A stretch of DNA of 64,000 nucleotides from Mobula hypostoma. Taxonomy: Eukaryota. The notes beneath the pieces are model-generated. The model worked only from the letters and a program-made list of their open reading frames with translations. It was not told the origin of the DNA and did no database searches. How positions within the stretch are numbered: the first letter of the stretch is position 1; each line of letters starts with the position of its first letter. Made by a program: the position numbers and the translations under genes. Shown in pieces: positions 24,191-37,649 of this stretch. Location: positions 4,712,001-4,776,000 of the forward strand of contig NC_086097.1 in the NCBI RefSeq assembly GCF_963921235.1, in the 5' to 3' direction.

Positions 24191-26984
24191 TTATATATAC
24201 TACATATGCTATTCCATATAGCATTTCCTTAATCATTCTGAAGATACTTACAAATTCATGGGATTATATTTTGGGACTCTAAGCTCTTTGAACACAGTAT
24301 TTAACAGTTAAATTTCATCGCTTAGCACTCCTTTAGTGTATAATTAGTTTGATACAGTCTGCAAGCACCTGGTCTTCATTGACATGATCTTTATCACACT
24401 TCACTGATCATGACTGACGTGCAGCCAAAACCCCAGTGGCTGGGATTGAGGTCAATTCATTTTGACAATAACAACCTCATTGCGGTAAGCTGGCCAGGTA
24501 TTGAGAAATCTATCTGATGATAACCCAGAGACGGATGTAGAATTGAAAATACCTGCCTTACAGCAGTGTTGATATTCATTATCAGTGTCATGCTACAATC
24601 TGTCTCTCTTTATAATAAAAATTCTGATGCCTGTCATGAACTTGGGAACTCAATTCAAAAGCAGAAGCCATTGGAAATTTTCGGCAAGTCAGTCGGCATC
24701 TGGAAGGAGAGAATTGGGCTGGTGACTTTTCACCTTCGAATGCTGCTAACCATGGCAGCTTTCACATAATGACCAGAGCAACACACACAAAATGCTGGTT
24801 GAAGTCAACAGGTCAAGCACGATCTATGGAAACCCTGGAACACCATGGTAATGTAGCTGTTAGAGCAATGTTATCATAGCTCAGGGTGTCAGGGTTCGGA
24901 GTTTAATTCCGGTAAGTTCCTTTCCGTTCCGACCTTTAACTCTCTTCATCTGCCTAGCATTTCCCCTGGCTCTCCTCCTCCTTCCCTTTCTTCTATGGGT
25001 CATGCTCCTCTCCCATCAGATTCCTTCCTCTCCAACCCTTGACCTTTCACCTTCTGGCTTGTCCTTGTCCTCCTTCCCCTCCCTCCTGCTTCTTATACTG
25101 GCGTCTTCCCTCTTCTTCATCTCCTGTCCTGATGAAGGATCTCAGACCGAAATGTTGACCATCTGTTCATTTCCATAAATACTGCCTGCAGCATCTTGTG
25201 TGTGTGTTACTTCAGCTTCTGTGCTGTAGTCTTCCATGACTCCCATATCGTTAAACCATTGTCAAAAAATGTGCTTCAAACAAACTGTGGTCAGAATAAA
25301 CAACAAACTGATTTGTGGTAATGTTTTGCTTTATGTGCTGTGTTGGGAGAAATGTATTATGGAAGCACCGTGCTCGGGAGGAATGTTGGTCATGTACGTA
25401 CAGTCTGATGACAATAAACTTGAAAATGACTAAAATTTCTAGAGCTGGTGGGTTGGAATATTTGTAACTAGACAATGGATATGGTGACAGAAAGAGTTTT
25501 GTCAAGCTCATTTGTAAAAAAAAACCCTCACATTTGTAGATATATGTAAAATGGACTGTTCTGATTCATTGAGTTTTTTTTTGCAAGCAGTACAGTGTGT
25601 TCCTCCAATTCTGACTCCTCCAGCATTCTTCAGTTTGCCTGTCGTTATTGCACCTAATGTATTCCTCAGTGAAGTGTTCGAATGAGCTTTTAACTAGTGC
25701 AGCCTATCTCTACAAAACACTATAAGAAACCAGTTCCTTTGCTTTCTTTGTAATGTTTTAAATCAAAGAACCAAGGTCTGGTGTAACGCTGCAGGCGTTG
25801 AGCAGTAACGAGAATGTTTACCCTCTACATGCTGAATGGCCTGCACTCACTGCTGTGTAATGCATGCAGAGGACCAGCTGGAAACTTCTAGGCAAATCAT
25901 ATGCCTTAGTTTGCTAGACTGAAACATGAAACCATTGCAATTTGATAAATTAGAGCAGAAAATATCACAATATATCAACACATTTCCCTCTCACATGTCT
26001 CTGGACATTGCCATTTGCTGGTGACGTGTATAATAATGACTGTGATGTATGTGCTCCAAAGTCTATTGAATGGCCAGTTATCCAACCTCCTTGCGCTCTG
26101 TGCTTGCTCTTCTGGAGTAAGTTCCCAGACCGGCTCTAGATTGGCAAGACTCACGAGGGCAGAACCATTTTGCCATAAATAGCAGGCATTGCCTTGTCTG
26201 CTGTAGCTGTTATCACTTGTCAGATCATGGAGGAATGGTCCAAAATTAATTCAAGAGAACCAGGTGAATGAAATTATCTGAAAATTAAATCACATAAAAA
26301 TACACAATTAAATCATTTAACTGTATGTATATAAGTTGAATATTGAATGCATTTAAATTAACTAAAGTAATTCATCAAGAAATGAAATTTTCATTGTCAA
26401 TCAGAATCAGGTCTAATATCACTGGCATATGTTGTGAAATTTGTTAACTTTGCAGCAGAAGCACTATGCAATACATAATAATATAGAAAACAATTGAATT
26501 AAAATAAGTATTTATTTATATATCAAATTATTAAAATAAATAAGCAGAGCAGAAACAGAAATAAAAGAGTAATGAGGTAGTGATCATGGGTTCAATGTCC
26601 ATTCTGACAGGAGCTCAGCACCCCAGTGAACACATCCCTACAAGTGTGGCACTGAGCTGCCCAAACTGTGTCACCGTGCCTCCTCACGCTGGACAAAACG
26701 CAGTGTCAGCCTGGCAGGAAACCTGGAACATACGCTTTTACATGATTGTCTTCAGAAGGAATATGTGTTGTCTATTTGCATCATGCCCTGGTATGGAAAC
26801 ATCAATGCCCTTGCACTGAATATCCTACAAAAGTAGCAGATACAACCCAGCCCGTCATGGGTAAAGCCCTCCCCACCTCTGAGCGCGTCTACATGGAGCA
26901 CTGTCAGAGGAAAGCAGCTTCATTTGTCAGGGATCCCCACCACCCAGGACATGCTCTCTTCTCACTGCTGCCATATGGAATAAG

Positions 26985-27292
26985 GTATGGGAGTCTCAGG
27001 ACCCACACCACCACGTTATTAACCGTCAAGCATTAGGAAGAAGGTACAGGAACCTCAGGACCCACACCACCACATTATTACCCCTCAAGCATTAGGAAGA
27101 AGGTACAGGAACCTCAGGACCCACACCACCAGTTCAGGAACAGTTATTTCCCCTCAACATCAGAAAGAAGGTACAGGAGCCTCAGGACCCACACCAGCAG
27201 GTTCAGGAACAGTTATCACCCCTCAACCATCAGGAATAAGATAGAGGAGTCTCAGGACCCATACTATCAGGTTATTGCCCCTCAAGCATCAG
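26985..27292 (+). repeat. ~59-65 bp tandem repeat (~5 units) within a Rex-type 3' fragment (~26740-27645)
   Basis: Repeated aggaagaaggtacaggaacctcaggacccacaccacc...cccctcaa. Confidence 0.85.
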
Positions 27293-27702
27293 GAGCCACA
27301 GTGCACAGTGTTTAGCATGGAGACATTGCAATTGCACGCAGAGATATCTTCACTCAGCTTCACTTGGACTGTTCTCACAACCTATGGACTCACTTCCAAG
27401 GACTCTTCATCTCAAGCTCTCAATATTTATTGCTTACTTATTATTGTTTTGTTGATTTTATTAATTTGGTACTTTCAGTTTACTGTCTTTTGGGCACTGG
27501 TTGTTCATCATGTTGGGTGTGGTCTTTCATTGATTCTATTGTGTTTCTTCATATTTACTGTGAACGTGCACAAGAAAATGAACCTCAGGGTTGTATATAG
27601 TGACATATATGTACATTGACAATTGATTTACTTTGAACTTTGATTTTAAGGAACTTGCAATGTTCGCACTAGAATATAATATTGGTTGTTCAATTCCCAA
27701 TG

Positions 27703-27722
27703 ATTACACTAGGGGGCACTGT
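27703..27722 (+). promoter_or_regulatory. Candidate CTCF binding motif
   Basis: ACACTAGGGGGCACT closely matches the CTCF core CCACYAGRKGGCRS and lies in apparently unique sequence. Motif match only. Confidence 0.45.
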
Positions 27723-28269
27723 GCACCAGTTTGTGATAACTATATAGTGGAAAAATACAGCATCAAGGTATTGCTTCTAATGATCAACAGATGATAGCAG
27801 TGTGCAATTTTCATGGAAAAATATTATTTATATTTATCATTATAAGAACTAATAGATTTACCTTATTGTATTTACTTAGAATTTAATCTGCTTAAGTATA
27901 CCAGTGATATGTGAAGTCTTTGGCAAGTGGTTGGAAAATTAAGCATACAAATCTCTTTCCACTGGGTGAGTTTCATTATGCATTCTTACATATGCATATT
28001 TTGAAGCATTTCAATGCATTATTCATGTAGGGTTAGATATAGGTTGCATACAGAGACTTTAGGGATTTGAACAACATATATGTCACATGACTATTTTAAG
28101 GTATCTCAGCTGAAATTAATTGGTGTTATATAAATCACTGTATGTCAGTAAAACTGTGGGATGGCTGGCAATGTAACTTCTCTTTGGTTGTCTGATACTG
28201 ATGCTTTGATATAGTGAATGTCTCGTGCATTACAGGCTTTTATCAGTCTAAGTCCCTCTCTATCTATCT

Positions 28270-28525
28270 ATTTATTTAGAGATACAGTGCATTAGGGTTC
28301 CGGTGCTTCTGGCCCAGCAGTCTGTGTCACCCAGCAACCCACCTATATAACCCTAGCTTAATCGCAGGACCATTTATAATTAACTTAGTAACCGGTATGT
28401 TTTTGGACTATGGGAGGAACCAGAGCACCCGGAGGAAATCCACACGCTCACAGGACGAACCTACAGAGAATGGCAGAATTGAACTCCGAACTGTAATAGT
28501 GCTGTGCTAACCATTATGTTACCAT
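28270..28525 (-). mobile_element. tRNA-derived V-SINE (HE1-like); related copies at ~33392-33640, 47670-47805, 51970-52120, 56235-56480, 58735-59005 and 59220-59365
   Basis: Minus strand shows A-box-like TAACATAATGG, B-box-like GAGTTCAATTC and V-domain-like GTGTGGATTTCCTCCGGGTGCTCTGGTTCCTCCCA. Confidence 0.75.
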
Positions 28526-29057
28526 GGCTCCCCTTACTTTGAAATAAATAAAATAACAATTGCATACAGGAAATTTACAAGCTGGTTTGCGTTCGTTTGC
28601 GGCTTCACTGGCACGTGATGATCGGACTGTCATGGGCTTGTTCTTGCTGACAGACATCCCGTGCACCATCAATATACAGGACATGCCTCTCAGGACTTGG
28701 CTATATTATAATTTTGTGAGAGTGTATATTTACTGGTAATGTAATTATATATTTGATATGTGTGCCTTGTGCTGTGTGCTGTTGGTACCGTGTTTTACAC
28801 CTTGGCCCCCGGAGTAACACTGTTTTGTTTGGCTGTGTTCATGGATATCCATGCATGGTTGAATGACAATTAAACTTGAGCTTGTATAATTTACAATATA
28901 TGGAAATGTAGTTTTTGGTAATATTTCACTGCTGCCTTTATGTGGGTAGATGTGATGAACAAATCACATAGAATACTTTAAATCTATATTTTTCTTTCCT
29001 TCTTACTAACAATCAATGTCTGTATACGTTTATCTGTTTGGTCTAATAGACATCCTT

Positions 29058-29724
29058 TTATCACAAAATGCAGGATGAACTCAGTAGGTCAGGCAGTATC
29101 TGTGGAAAAGAGTAAACAGTCGATGTTTCAGGCTGAGACCCCTCATCAGGACTGGAAAGAAAGAGGAAAAGTCAGAGTAAGAAGGTGGGGGAGAGGAGGA
29201 AGAAAGATATGGTGGTAGGAGAAACTGGGAGAGAGGGAAGGGTGAAGTAGAGAGCTCGGAAGTTGATTAATGAAGGATTTAAAGAGCTGGAAAAGGGAGA
29301 ATCTGATAGGAGGGGATAGAAGCCCGTGGGAGAAAGTGGTCCAGAGGGAGGTGATGGGGAGGGAAGAAAAGAAGGTGTGAGAGGGAATCAGGGTTGGGGA
29401 ATGGTGAAGGGTGGGAGCAATTACCGGAAGTTCAGGAAATCAATGTTCATGCTCCATTGGTGTGCATGTCCGCCAATCAACTTCCCAGCTCTGCACTTCA
29501 CCCCCTCCCTCTCTCCCAGTTCCACCTATCACCTACCACCTTGTACTCCTTCCTCCCCTCCTCTTACCTTCTTACTCTCATTTCTCTTCCTTTCTAATCC
29601 TTATGGAGGGTCTCAGTCTGAAATGGTGACTGTTCATTCATTTCCATAGATGATGCCTGACCTGCTGAGTTCCTCCAGCATTTTGTGTGTGTTTCCAGCA
29701 TCAGCAGATTTTCTTGTGTTTGTG
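29058..29724. mobile_element. Penelope-like inverted (minus plus plus) double-tail insertion
   Basis: Minus-strand tail with a hammerhead at ~29117-29155, then a plus-strand tail at ~29460-29724. Candidate TSD AGACATCCTT/AGGCATCCTT at 29048 and 29725. Confidence 0.78.
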
Positions 29725-32700
29725 AGGCATCCTTCCATGGGTCCTTTAATTCTGTACTTCATAATAGCATTGCTTTGCTTTCAATTATTATCTTTTTGAT
29801 AATGTTGATTTAGTAAAAAGCTTTAGAAATAAAATAAATATTCTCATAGAGTTTAGTAAGCAATTTTAAAGAACTGTTTGGTTATTGTGATTTTTGCTTA
29901 TTGTAAATGTTTATCACTTGTTCAGACAGTTGGGTACTAATGAGCTTCCAAGTTACTAATTCATCACGGGAAACTAATACGTTGTAATGGTTATGTTGTA
30001 CTTTCGATTCTAAACTCATCCCAATTACTTTCTTCAGTGGCAATCTCTTAGGATTCACTGAAGAAATAGCTTGCAAAACTAGTATTTCGGGGCAATGCAA
30101 TTAATACTTCCTTCCCATTTTTGAAATAAGTTCTAACACACAGCACAAGGCACACATAAGATAGCAAGCACATGTAAGGTATCAGTAAAATGCAGTCACA
30201 CGTAAAGAAATAATTCAAGACCCTGAGTCTATGAATGTTGCAGATTTGGACAGAGGTCGTGTAAAAGATTAAACGTGAGGCAGTGAGTGATGGAGCAGGT
30301 CAAAGATTGGTCTGAAGTAATGGTGTAGGTATAGCTGAAAGATTTATAGAGACCTAGTTTGAGAAATTGAGCTCATTTTTAACTCAAGACCCCGAAGTCA
30401 GGGAAAGCCTTTCACTGTTGTCTTTGCAATTGGAGAAAAGACCCATCAGATTAATTCATTGCTTGGACAAGGCTGTGAACTACAAGCTACGATAAGGGCA
30501 ACCTTATTTAAATATATTGGTACACAATTAACTGGATGTAAACTAAAGGAAATGAAATGGATTAGCAGTAAGGAAACTTTAAGTACAATATCAGGTATTG
30601 TGATAAAATCTGCAGGTTATCAATTTACGTGGATGAATCAGAATCTGGATTGAAATATAATGAAAGTTGTTGTTTTGTGGTAGCAGTACATTGCTTTCTT
30701 TTTCAATCTTTTTATTGTACATTGCTATATATAATAATTGAAAAACAAATGAATTACAATAAGAAATATATAAGTTGAGCAAAAAGAGAGCCAAATAAAT
30801 AGTGAGGCAGTGTACATGAGTTCATTGTCTATTCAGAAATCTGATGGCGGAGGGGAAGAAGCTGTTCCTGAAACATTGAGTGTGTGTCTTGTGGTTTTTG
30901 TACCTCCTCCTTGATGGTAGCAATGAGAAGAGGGCATATCTTGGGTGATGAGGGTCCTTAATGATGAATGCCACCTTTTTGAATCAATGCCTTTTGAAGA
31001 TGTCCTCGATGTTGGGGAGGCGAGTGCCCATAATGGAGTTGGCTGAGTTTACAACTATTTGCAGCTTTGATTGTCTTTGGTTGGTAAGTGAAGCACCATA
31101 TGTCTTCATACAAGCACCTTGTACAGAATGTTAATCATATATAATACGTATTTCTATGACCAGCGTTGTTATTGCATTTGAAGGGATTTTGAGGTCCAAG
31201 AATCTCCATTTTAACCAATCATCTCCTGTCATTTTTCATTAGTGCTTTCATCACTCATGAGCTGCTGACCTTTAGCAATGATAAAAAGGATATTTGTAAT
31301 TCAATAAGCCTTTATTAATCTTGTGTTTGTATTGCGATCCTCACCATTGTTACATCTCCAGCAGAATAATGTGGCTTCATAAAGCCAAAGATATGCAAGG
31401 AGATATAATCTATACTAATATGAGCAGGGAATTGCTGGATGGTCAACATATCACAGAGGGATTACAGTAATGTATTCTGCATTGGCCTTTATCAAAGTAT
31501 TAATGAACATATTTTCTTTCAGGGACACTCCTGTATCAATGCATAATGTGTCTAGACTAAAGGATACACCGCTCTGTATTTCTATGTTCAGGAATAGTTA
31601 TTACCCCATGACTATCTGGCTCTTGAATCAAAGGGATGACTTTGCTCAACTTCACTCACACCATCATTGAAATGTTCCCACCACCTATGGACTCACTTTC
31701 AAGGACTCTTCATTTCAAGTTCTGGAAATTAATTGCTTATTTATGTATTATTAGTATTACTTTTTTCTTTCATATTTGCACAGTTTGCTGTCTTTAGCAT
31801 GTTGGTTGTTTGTCTGTCTTGTTGGGAGGGGTCTTTCACTGATTCTATTATGTTTCTTAGTATTTACTGTGAATGCCCACAACAATTGAATCGCAGGGTT
31901 GTATCTGGTGTACTCTTGAAAATAAATTTACTTTGTAATTTGAACTTTGAACTTTGAGCAGGACTACTGTATCATGGCTATGACAGTCTTATACAACTAT
32001 AGATACCTCACTGAAAAAAAAATTATGAAGCACAAAGAGCTATTCAGAATTCCTCAAAGATGTATGGACACACAATCAACAAATAAATGATACTCATAAA
32101 ACCTGCCAAAGCAGGAAATCTGAAGAGAAAACATCAATTTCAAACTCCTGGGAGTACACATCTCGCAAAACCTCTCATGGTCCCAGACACATTCTATACA
32201 GCCGGGAAATCTCAGCAAGGCCTCTACTTCCCGAGGATGCTGAAGAGAGCTGGACTGTGTACATCTCTGGTCGTCTTTCTACAGATGTGCCGTAGAGAGC
32301 ATCCTAACAAGCTGTATCACGACATGGTACAGAAACTGCACTGCGGCAGACAGGAAGGCTGTACAACGGGTCATCAGCACTGCCCTTTGCAACGCTGGAA
32401 CCATCAGAAAGGTGGCGGGAAGGGCCAGTATCACCATGAAGGATCCTATCCACCCTGCTCATGGACTGTTACTCCCACTCCCATCAGGGGAAGGCTATGC
32501 AGCACCCACCAGACTCAAAAATAGTTACTTTCCTCAAGCAGTAAGGCTGATCAATGCCTCCAACCACTAACCCATCTCTCCACACCCCCAACCACCATTA
32601 CTTTATCATTTCCTGTCAGTCACCTCATGTACAGACACTCTAGTGCCTAGTGTAACTTTACATAATTAATTGATGTATATAAACCATCTTACATATTTAG

Positions 32701-32921
32701 ATTTATTGTGTTTTTATTATTGTTGTGTTCTTTATCTAATTGAGTTTTTTTTGTGTCTCACCTATATATGCGGAAACTCTTTCAAATAATTGGAAACTAT
32801 CATATTATGTTCATCCTTTTTTGGAGCCCCCTCATAAACACAAGAATTTCTGTAGATGCTGGAAATCCAGAGCAACACAGTCAAATGTTGGAGGAACTCA
32901 GCAGGTCAGGCTGCATCTATA

Positions 32922-33320
32922 AGACCATAAGATATAAGAGCTGAAGCAGGCTATTCGGTCCATCGAGTCTGCTCCCCCATTCAATCATGGGTTGATCCAA
33001 TTCTTCCGGTCATCCCCACTCCCTTGCCTTCTCCCCATACTCTTTGATGCCCTGGATAATCAAGAACATATCTATCTCTGCCTCAAATGCACCCAATGAC
33101 TTGGCCCCCAGAGCCACTTGTGGCAACAAATTCCACAGATTTACCACCCTCTGACTAAAGTAATTTCTTCGCATCTCTGTTCTAAATAGACATCCTTCAA
33201 TCCTGAAGTCATGCCCTCTTGTCCTAGACTCCCCTACTTTGGGAAATAACTTTACCATATCTAATCTGTTCAGGCCTTTTAACATTTGGAATGTTTCTAT
33301 GAGATTCCCCCCTCATTCTC
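32922..33320 (-). mobile_element. CR1 3' fragment, nested in a Penelope tail
   Basis: ESRTRGH..FSQRVVNLWN peptide and an octamer tail at 32920-32937. Confidence 0.85.
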
Positions 33321-33924
33321 TTGAGAAGGATAAACTGTTGAAGTTTTGGACTCAGACCGTTCTTAAGATGAACTTAATTTTCATTTCATTTTATTTAGAG
33401 ATACAATGCAGAATAAGCCCTTTAGGCCCAATGACCCATAACTCCCAGTAACCACTGATTTAAACCCAGCCTAATCACAAGTCACCTTACAATGCCCAAT
33501 TAACCTACTAACCAGCACGTCGTTGGACTGTGGGAGGAAATGGGGAGGTCCCTTTACACATGGCACCAGAAGTGAACTCTGAACATTCAAACGCTGGAGC
33601 TGTATTAGCGTTGTGATAACTGTTATGGTACTGTGGTGCCCTTGTTTCCCTTTGCACTTATGTACTGGAAATGACATTAAAGAATCTTGAAACTTAAATC
33701 TTAAATCTAAATCTAAATGTTATTGGAGCAGGCAAATGGAACTTCAGCTTAATCTCTTATCTGAAGATTGATATCTCAGATTTTGATTAATTCCCTCAGG
33801 ACTATAGTATTTTCGGTCTAAAAAATGTGTTAGTCAAGGGATGGACTTGAACTTTCACCTTCTGGCTAAAAGCAAGACCGCTATCAAATAATTTATGAAT
33901 CAGGAGGATGCTAATCTTTCATAT

Positions 33925-36900
33925 CAGGCAGACATAGAGGGGGCGGCGTTGCTTTGTTGGTAAAAAATGAAATCAAGTCATTAGAAAGAGGCGACGTAGG
34001 ATCGGAAGGTGTTGAATCATTGTGGATAGAGCAAAGGAAATGCAAGGATAAGAAGACCCTGGTGGGAATTATTTACAAACCCCCAAACAGTAGTAAGGAC
34101 ATGGTCTACAAATTACAATGTGGGATAGAAAATACATGCCAAAAGGACAATGCTACAATAGTTAAAGGGGATATCAATATGCAGGTAGATTGGGAAAATC
34201 ACGTGCTGGATCTCAAGAGGGGGAGTTTCTAGAATGTCTACGAGATGGCTTTTTAGAGCAGCTCATCGTTGAGCCCACTAAGGGATTGGGTGTTGTGCAA
34301 TAAATTGGAACTGATTCGCGAGCTTAAGGTACAGGAACCCTTAGGGGAAAGTGATCATCATGTGATTGAATTCACCCTGAAATTTGCGAAGGAGAAGCTA
34401 AAGTCAGATGTATCAGTATTACAGTGGAGTAAAGAGAATTACAGAAGGATGAGAGAGGAGATGGGCAGAATTGATTGGAAAAGAACACTGGCAGGGATGA
34501 TGGCAGAGCAGCTATGGCTGGAATTTCTGGAGCAATTCGGAAGACACAGGATATATACATCCCAAAGAGGATGAAGTATTTTAATGGCAAGATTAAACAA
34601 TCATGGCTAACAAGAGAAGTCAAAGCCTACATGAAAGCCACAGAGAGGGCATATAATAGAGCAAAAAATAATGGGAAGTTAGAAGATTGGGAAGATTTTA
34701 AAAGCCAACAGAAGACAACTAAAATGTCATTAAGAAGGTAAAGATGGAATACAAACGTTAGCTAGCCAATAATATTAAAGAGGATACCAAGAGTTTCTTC
34801 AGATACGTGAAGTGTAAAAGAGAGGCAAGAGTGAATATTTGAGCACTAAAATGCTGGAGAGGTAGTAATGGTGGATGAACTGAATAAGTATTTGGCAAGA
34901 GTCTTCGCTGTGAAAAACATGAGCAGTATGGTAGAAGTTCCACATGTCAGGGGCCATGAAGTGTCTGAAGTTATCTTAAGTAACTTTGGGAAACTGAAAG
35001 ATTGTAAGGTTAATAAGTCACCTGGACCAGATGGTGTACATCCCAGGGTTCTTGGCAAGGTAGCTAAAGAGATTGTGGAGGCATTAGTAATGATCTTTCA
35101 GGAATCACTCATTCCACTCAAAAAGGGAGAGAGGCAGAAGAAAGGGCCAGTTAGACTGACCTTAATGGTTGGAAAGATGTTGGAGTCAATTGTTAAGGAT
35201 GAGGTCTCAGAGTGCTTGGAGGTATATGATAAAATAGGCTGTAGTCAGCATGGTTTCCTCAAGAAAATCTTGTCTTACAAATCTGTTGGAATTCTTTGAA
35301 AAAATAGCAAGTAGGACAGACAAAGGAGAATCAGTTGGTGTTGTGTGCTTGGATTTCCTGAAAGTGCCACACATGAGGCTGCTTAACAAGCTACGAGCCG
35401 ATGGTATTACAGGAAAGAAATTAGCATGGATAAAGCAGTGGCTGATTGGCAGGAGGCAAAGAATGGGAATAGAGGGAGAGTATGGTGTTTTGCTGGAGTC
35501 TGTGTTGGGACCAATTCTTTATACATTATATGTCAATGATTTGGATGATGGAATTAATGGCTTTGTTGCAAAGTTTGCAGATGATTCAAAGACTGGTGGA
35601 GGGTTGGCTTTTTTTGATGAAGTAGAGAGGCTACAGAAGGACGTAGACAGATTAGGAGAAAGGGCAAAGAAGTGGCAGATGAAATACAGTGTTGGGAAGT
35701 GTACGGTCATGCACTTTAGTAGAAGAAATGAAAGGGTTGACTATTTTCTAAATGCAGAGAAAATTCAAAAATCCAAGGCACAAAGGGACTTGGGATGTTA
35801 GTATTCATTTCAGGAGGACTAGAATATAAAAGCTATATATAGAATACATAAAGACTTTATGAAGTACTGGTGAGGCCTCACTTGAAGTATTGTGAACAGG
35901 TTTGGGCCCCTTATCTTAGAAAGGCTGAAATTGGACAGGGTTCAAAGGAGGTTCACAAAAATGTTTTCAGGATTGAATGGCTTGTCATATGAAGAACAAT
36001 TGACGGCTCTGGGACTGTATTCACGATAATTCAGATGAATGAGGGGTTACCTCATTAAAACCTATTGATTGTTGAAAGGCCTTGATAGAGTGGATGAGGA
36101 GAGGATGTTTTCTAAGGTAGGAGAGCCTAAGACGAGAGGACACGGTCTCAGAATAGAGTGATGTTCTTTTAGAATTGAATTGACTTTATTTCTTACATCC
36201 TTCGCATACATGAGGAATAAAACTCTTCATGTTACGTCTCTGTCTAAATGTGCAATGTGTGATCATTGTAATTTATAATAATTTATAATAAATAGAAAAG
36301 TCAATGTAACATAAAAATACTCTCAAATCAGTGTGAGTTAATCAGTCTGATGGTCTGGCGAAGAAGCTGTCCCCTGGTTGGTCCTGGCTTTTATGCTGTG
36401 GTACCGTTTCCCAGATGGTAGCAGCTGGAATAGATTGTGGTTGGGGTCATTCAGGTCCCCAATGATCCTTTGGGCTGTTTTCTCATAGTTGTCTTTGCAA
36501 ATGTCCTGAATAGCGGGAAGTTCATATCTACAGATGTGCTGGGCTGTCTGCACCACTCTCTGCAGAATCATGCGATTAAGGGAGGTACAGTTCCCATACC
36601 AGGCAGTGATGTAGCCAGGGAGAGGTTGTTTTCTTGATATCATTGTGTCAGAAATGACTTCTCTCTGACACAGTGGAGGTGAGGAGGAATTTCTTTAACC
36701 AGAGAGTGGTGAATCTGTGGAATTCATTGCCACAGGCAGCTCTGCTGGCCAAGTCTTTATGTATGTTTAAGACAGAGGTTGATAGATCCTTGACTAGTCA
36801 GGGTGTGAAGGGATACGGGGAGAAGGCAGGGGACTGGGGCTGAGAGGGAAAATGGATCAGCCATGATGAAATGGTGGAGCAGACTCAATGGGCCAAATGG

Positions 36901-36940
36901 CTTAATTGTGCTCCAAAATCTTACAGTCTTATGATCTAAT
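33925..36940 (+). mobile_element. Old degenerate CR1 ORF2, interrupted by a minus-strand Rex fragment (~36171-36615)
   Basis: ESLWIE, ESDHH, KSPGPDG.HPRVL, SCLTNLLEFFE and FADD motifs. The 3' part resumes at ~36672 and ends in a tcttatg tail. Confidence 0.9.
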
Positions 36941-37649
36941 GGTCTACAGGAATGTAATGACATATTCTTTGTGACCTCAGATTGAAAATTGCCTTGAACT
37001 GAGAGAATTTTCTGAAATCTGTACACTCTGAGAAACTCTCATGTGTCTGATTCTCACCCACTATACCACTCCATCAGCAAATAATTCGCTTGAATACTTT
37101 GATAGTAAATATACTTTGAATCTTTGAATTATGTGGGAAATAAGAGGTTTAAGGTGAGGGTGAGACATTTAAAGGGCAGATTGCGATGGTTATACAGAAT
37201 GAGCTGCCAGAGGAAGGGTTATAGTATTGTTCAAAAGTTTTAGCGAGGGTGGCTGAGACTTTTGCATGTTACTGTATATTATGTCTTTCCAGTTACCAAA
37301 TAACACTTAATATTACTGAGCTAATACAAAGCTAAATACTCTTATTTCTATTTCCCAACCACCTTCCTATTGAACCAATTTAGAGTAGGTGCTATCTATA
37401 AGTGTGTGCCTAAGAGTTTTGCATGGTGCTGTTCAATTACAGCATTTAGAAGGTATTTAGAGATATTCGTGGATAGGAAGTGGAAGAGCTACACAGGGCT
37501 AATGTGAGGAAATGGGGTTAGTATGGAGAGGCATCACGATTGGTCCAAAGCCCTTCTTCTGTTTCTGTTCGGTACAGCTCTGTTTCTGTGATCTTATGAC
37601 AGGAACACATTTTCTCAGGCTCGTGGACCAGACTATACAAAATATGCCA

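Noticed and set aside
24845..24912. tRNA gene
   Set aside because: Only degenerate A/B-box-like sequence of a SINE head, with no cloverleaf.
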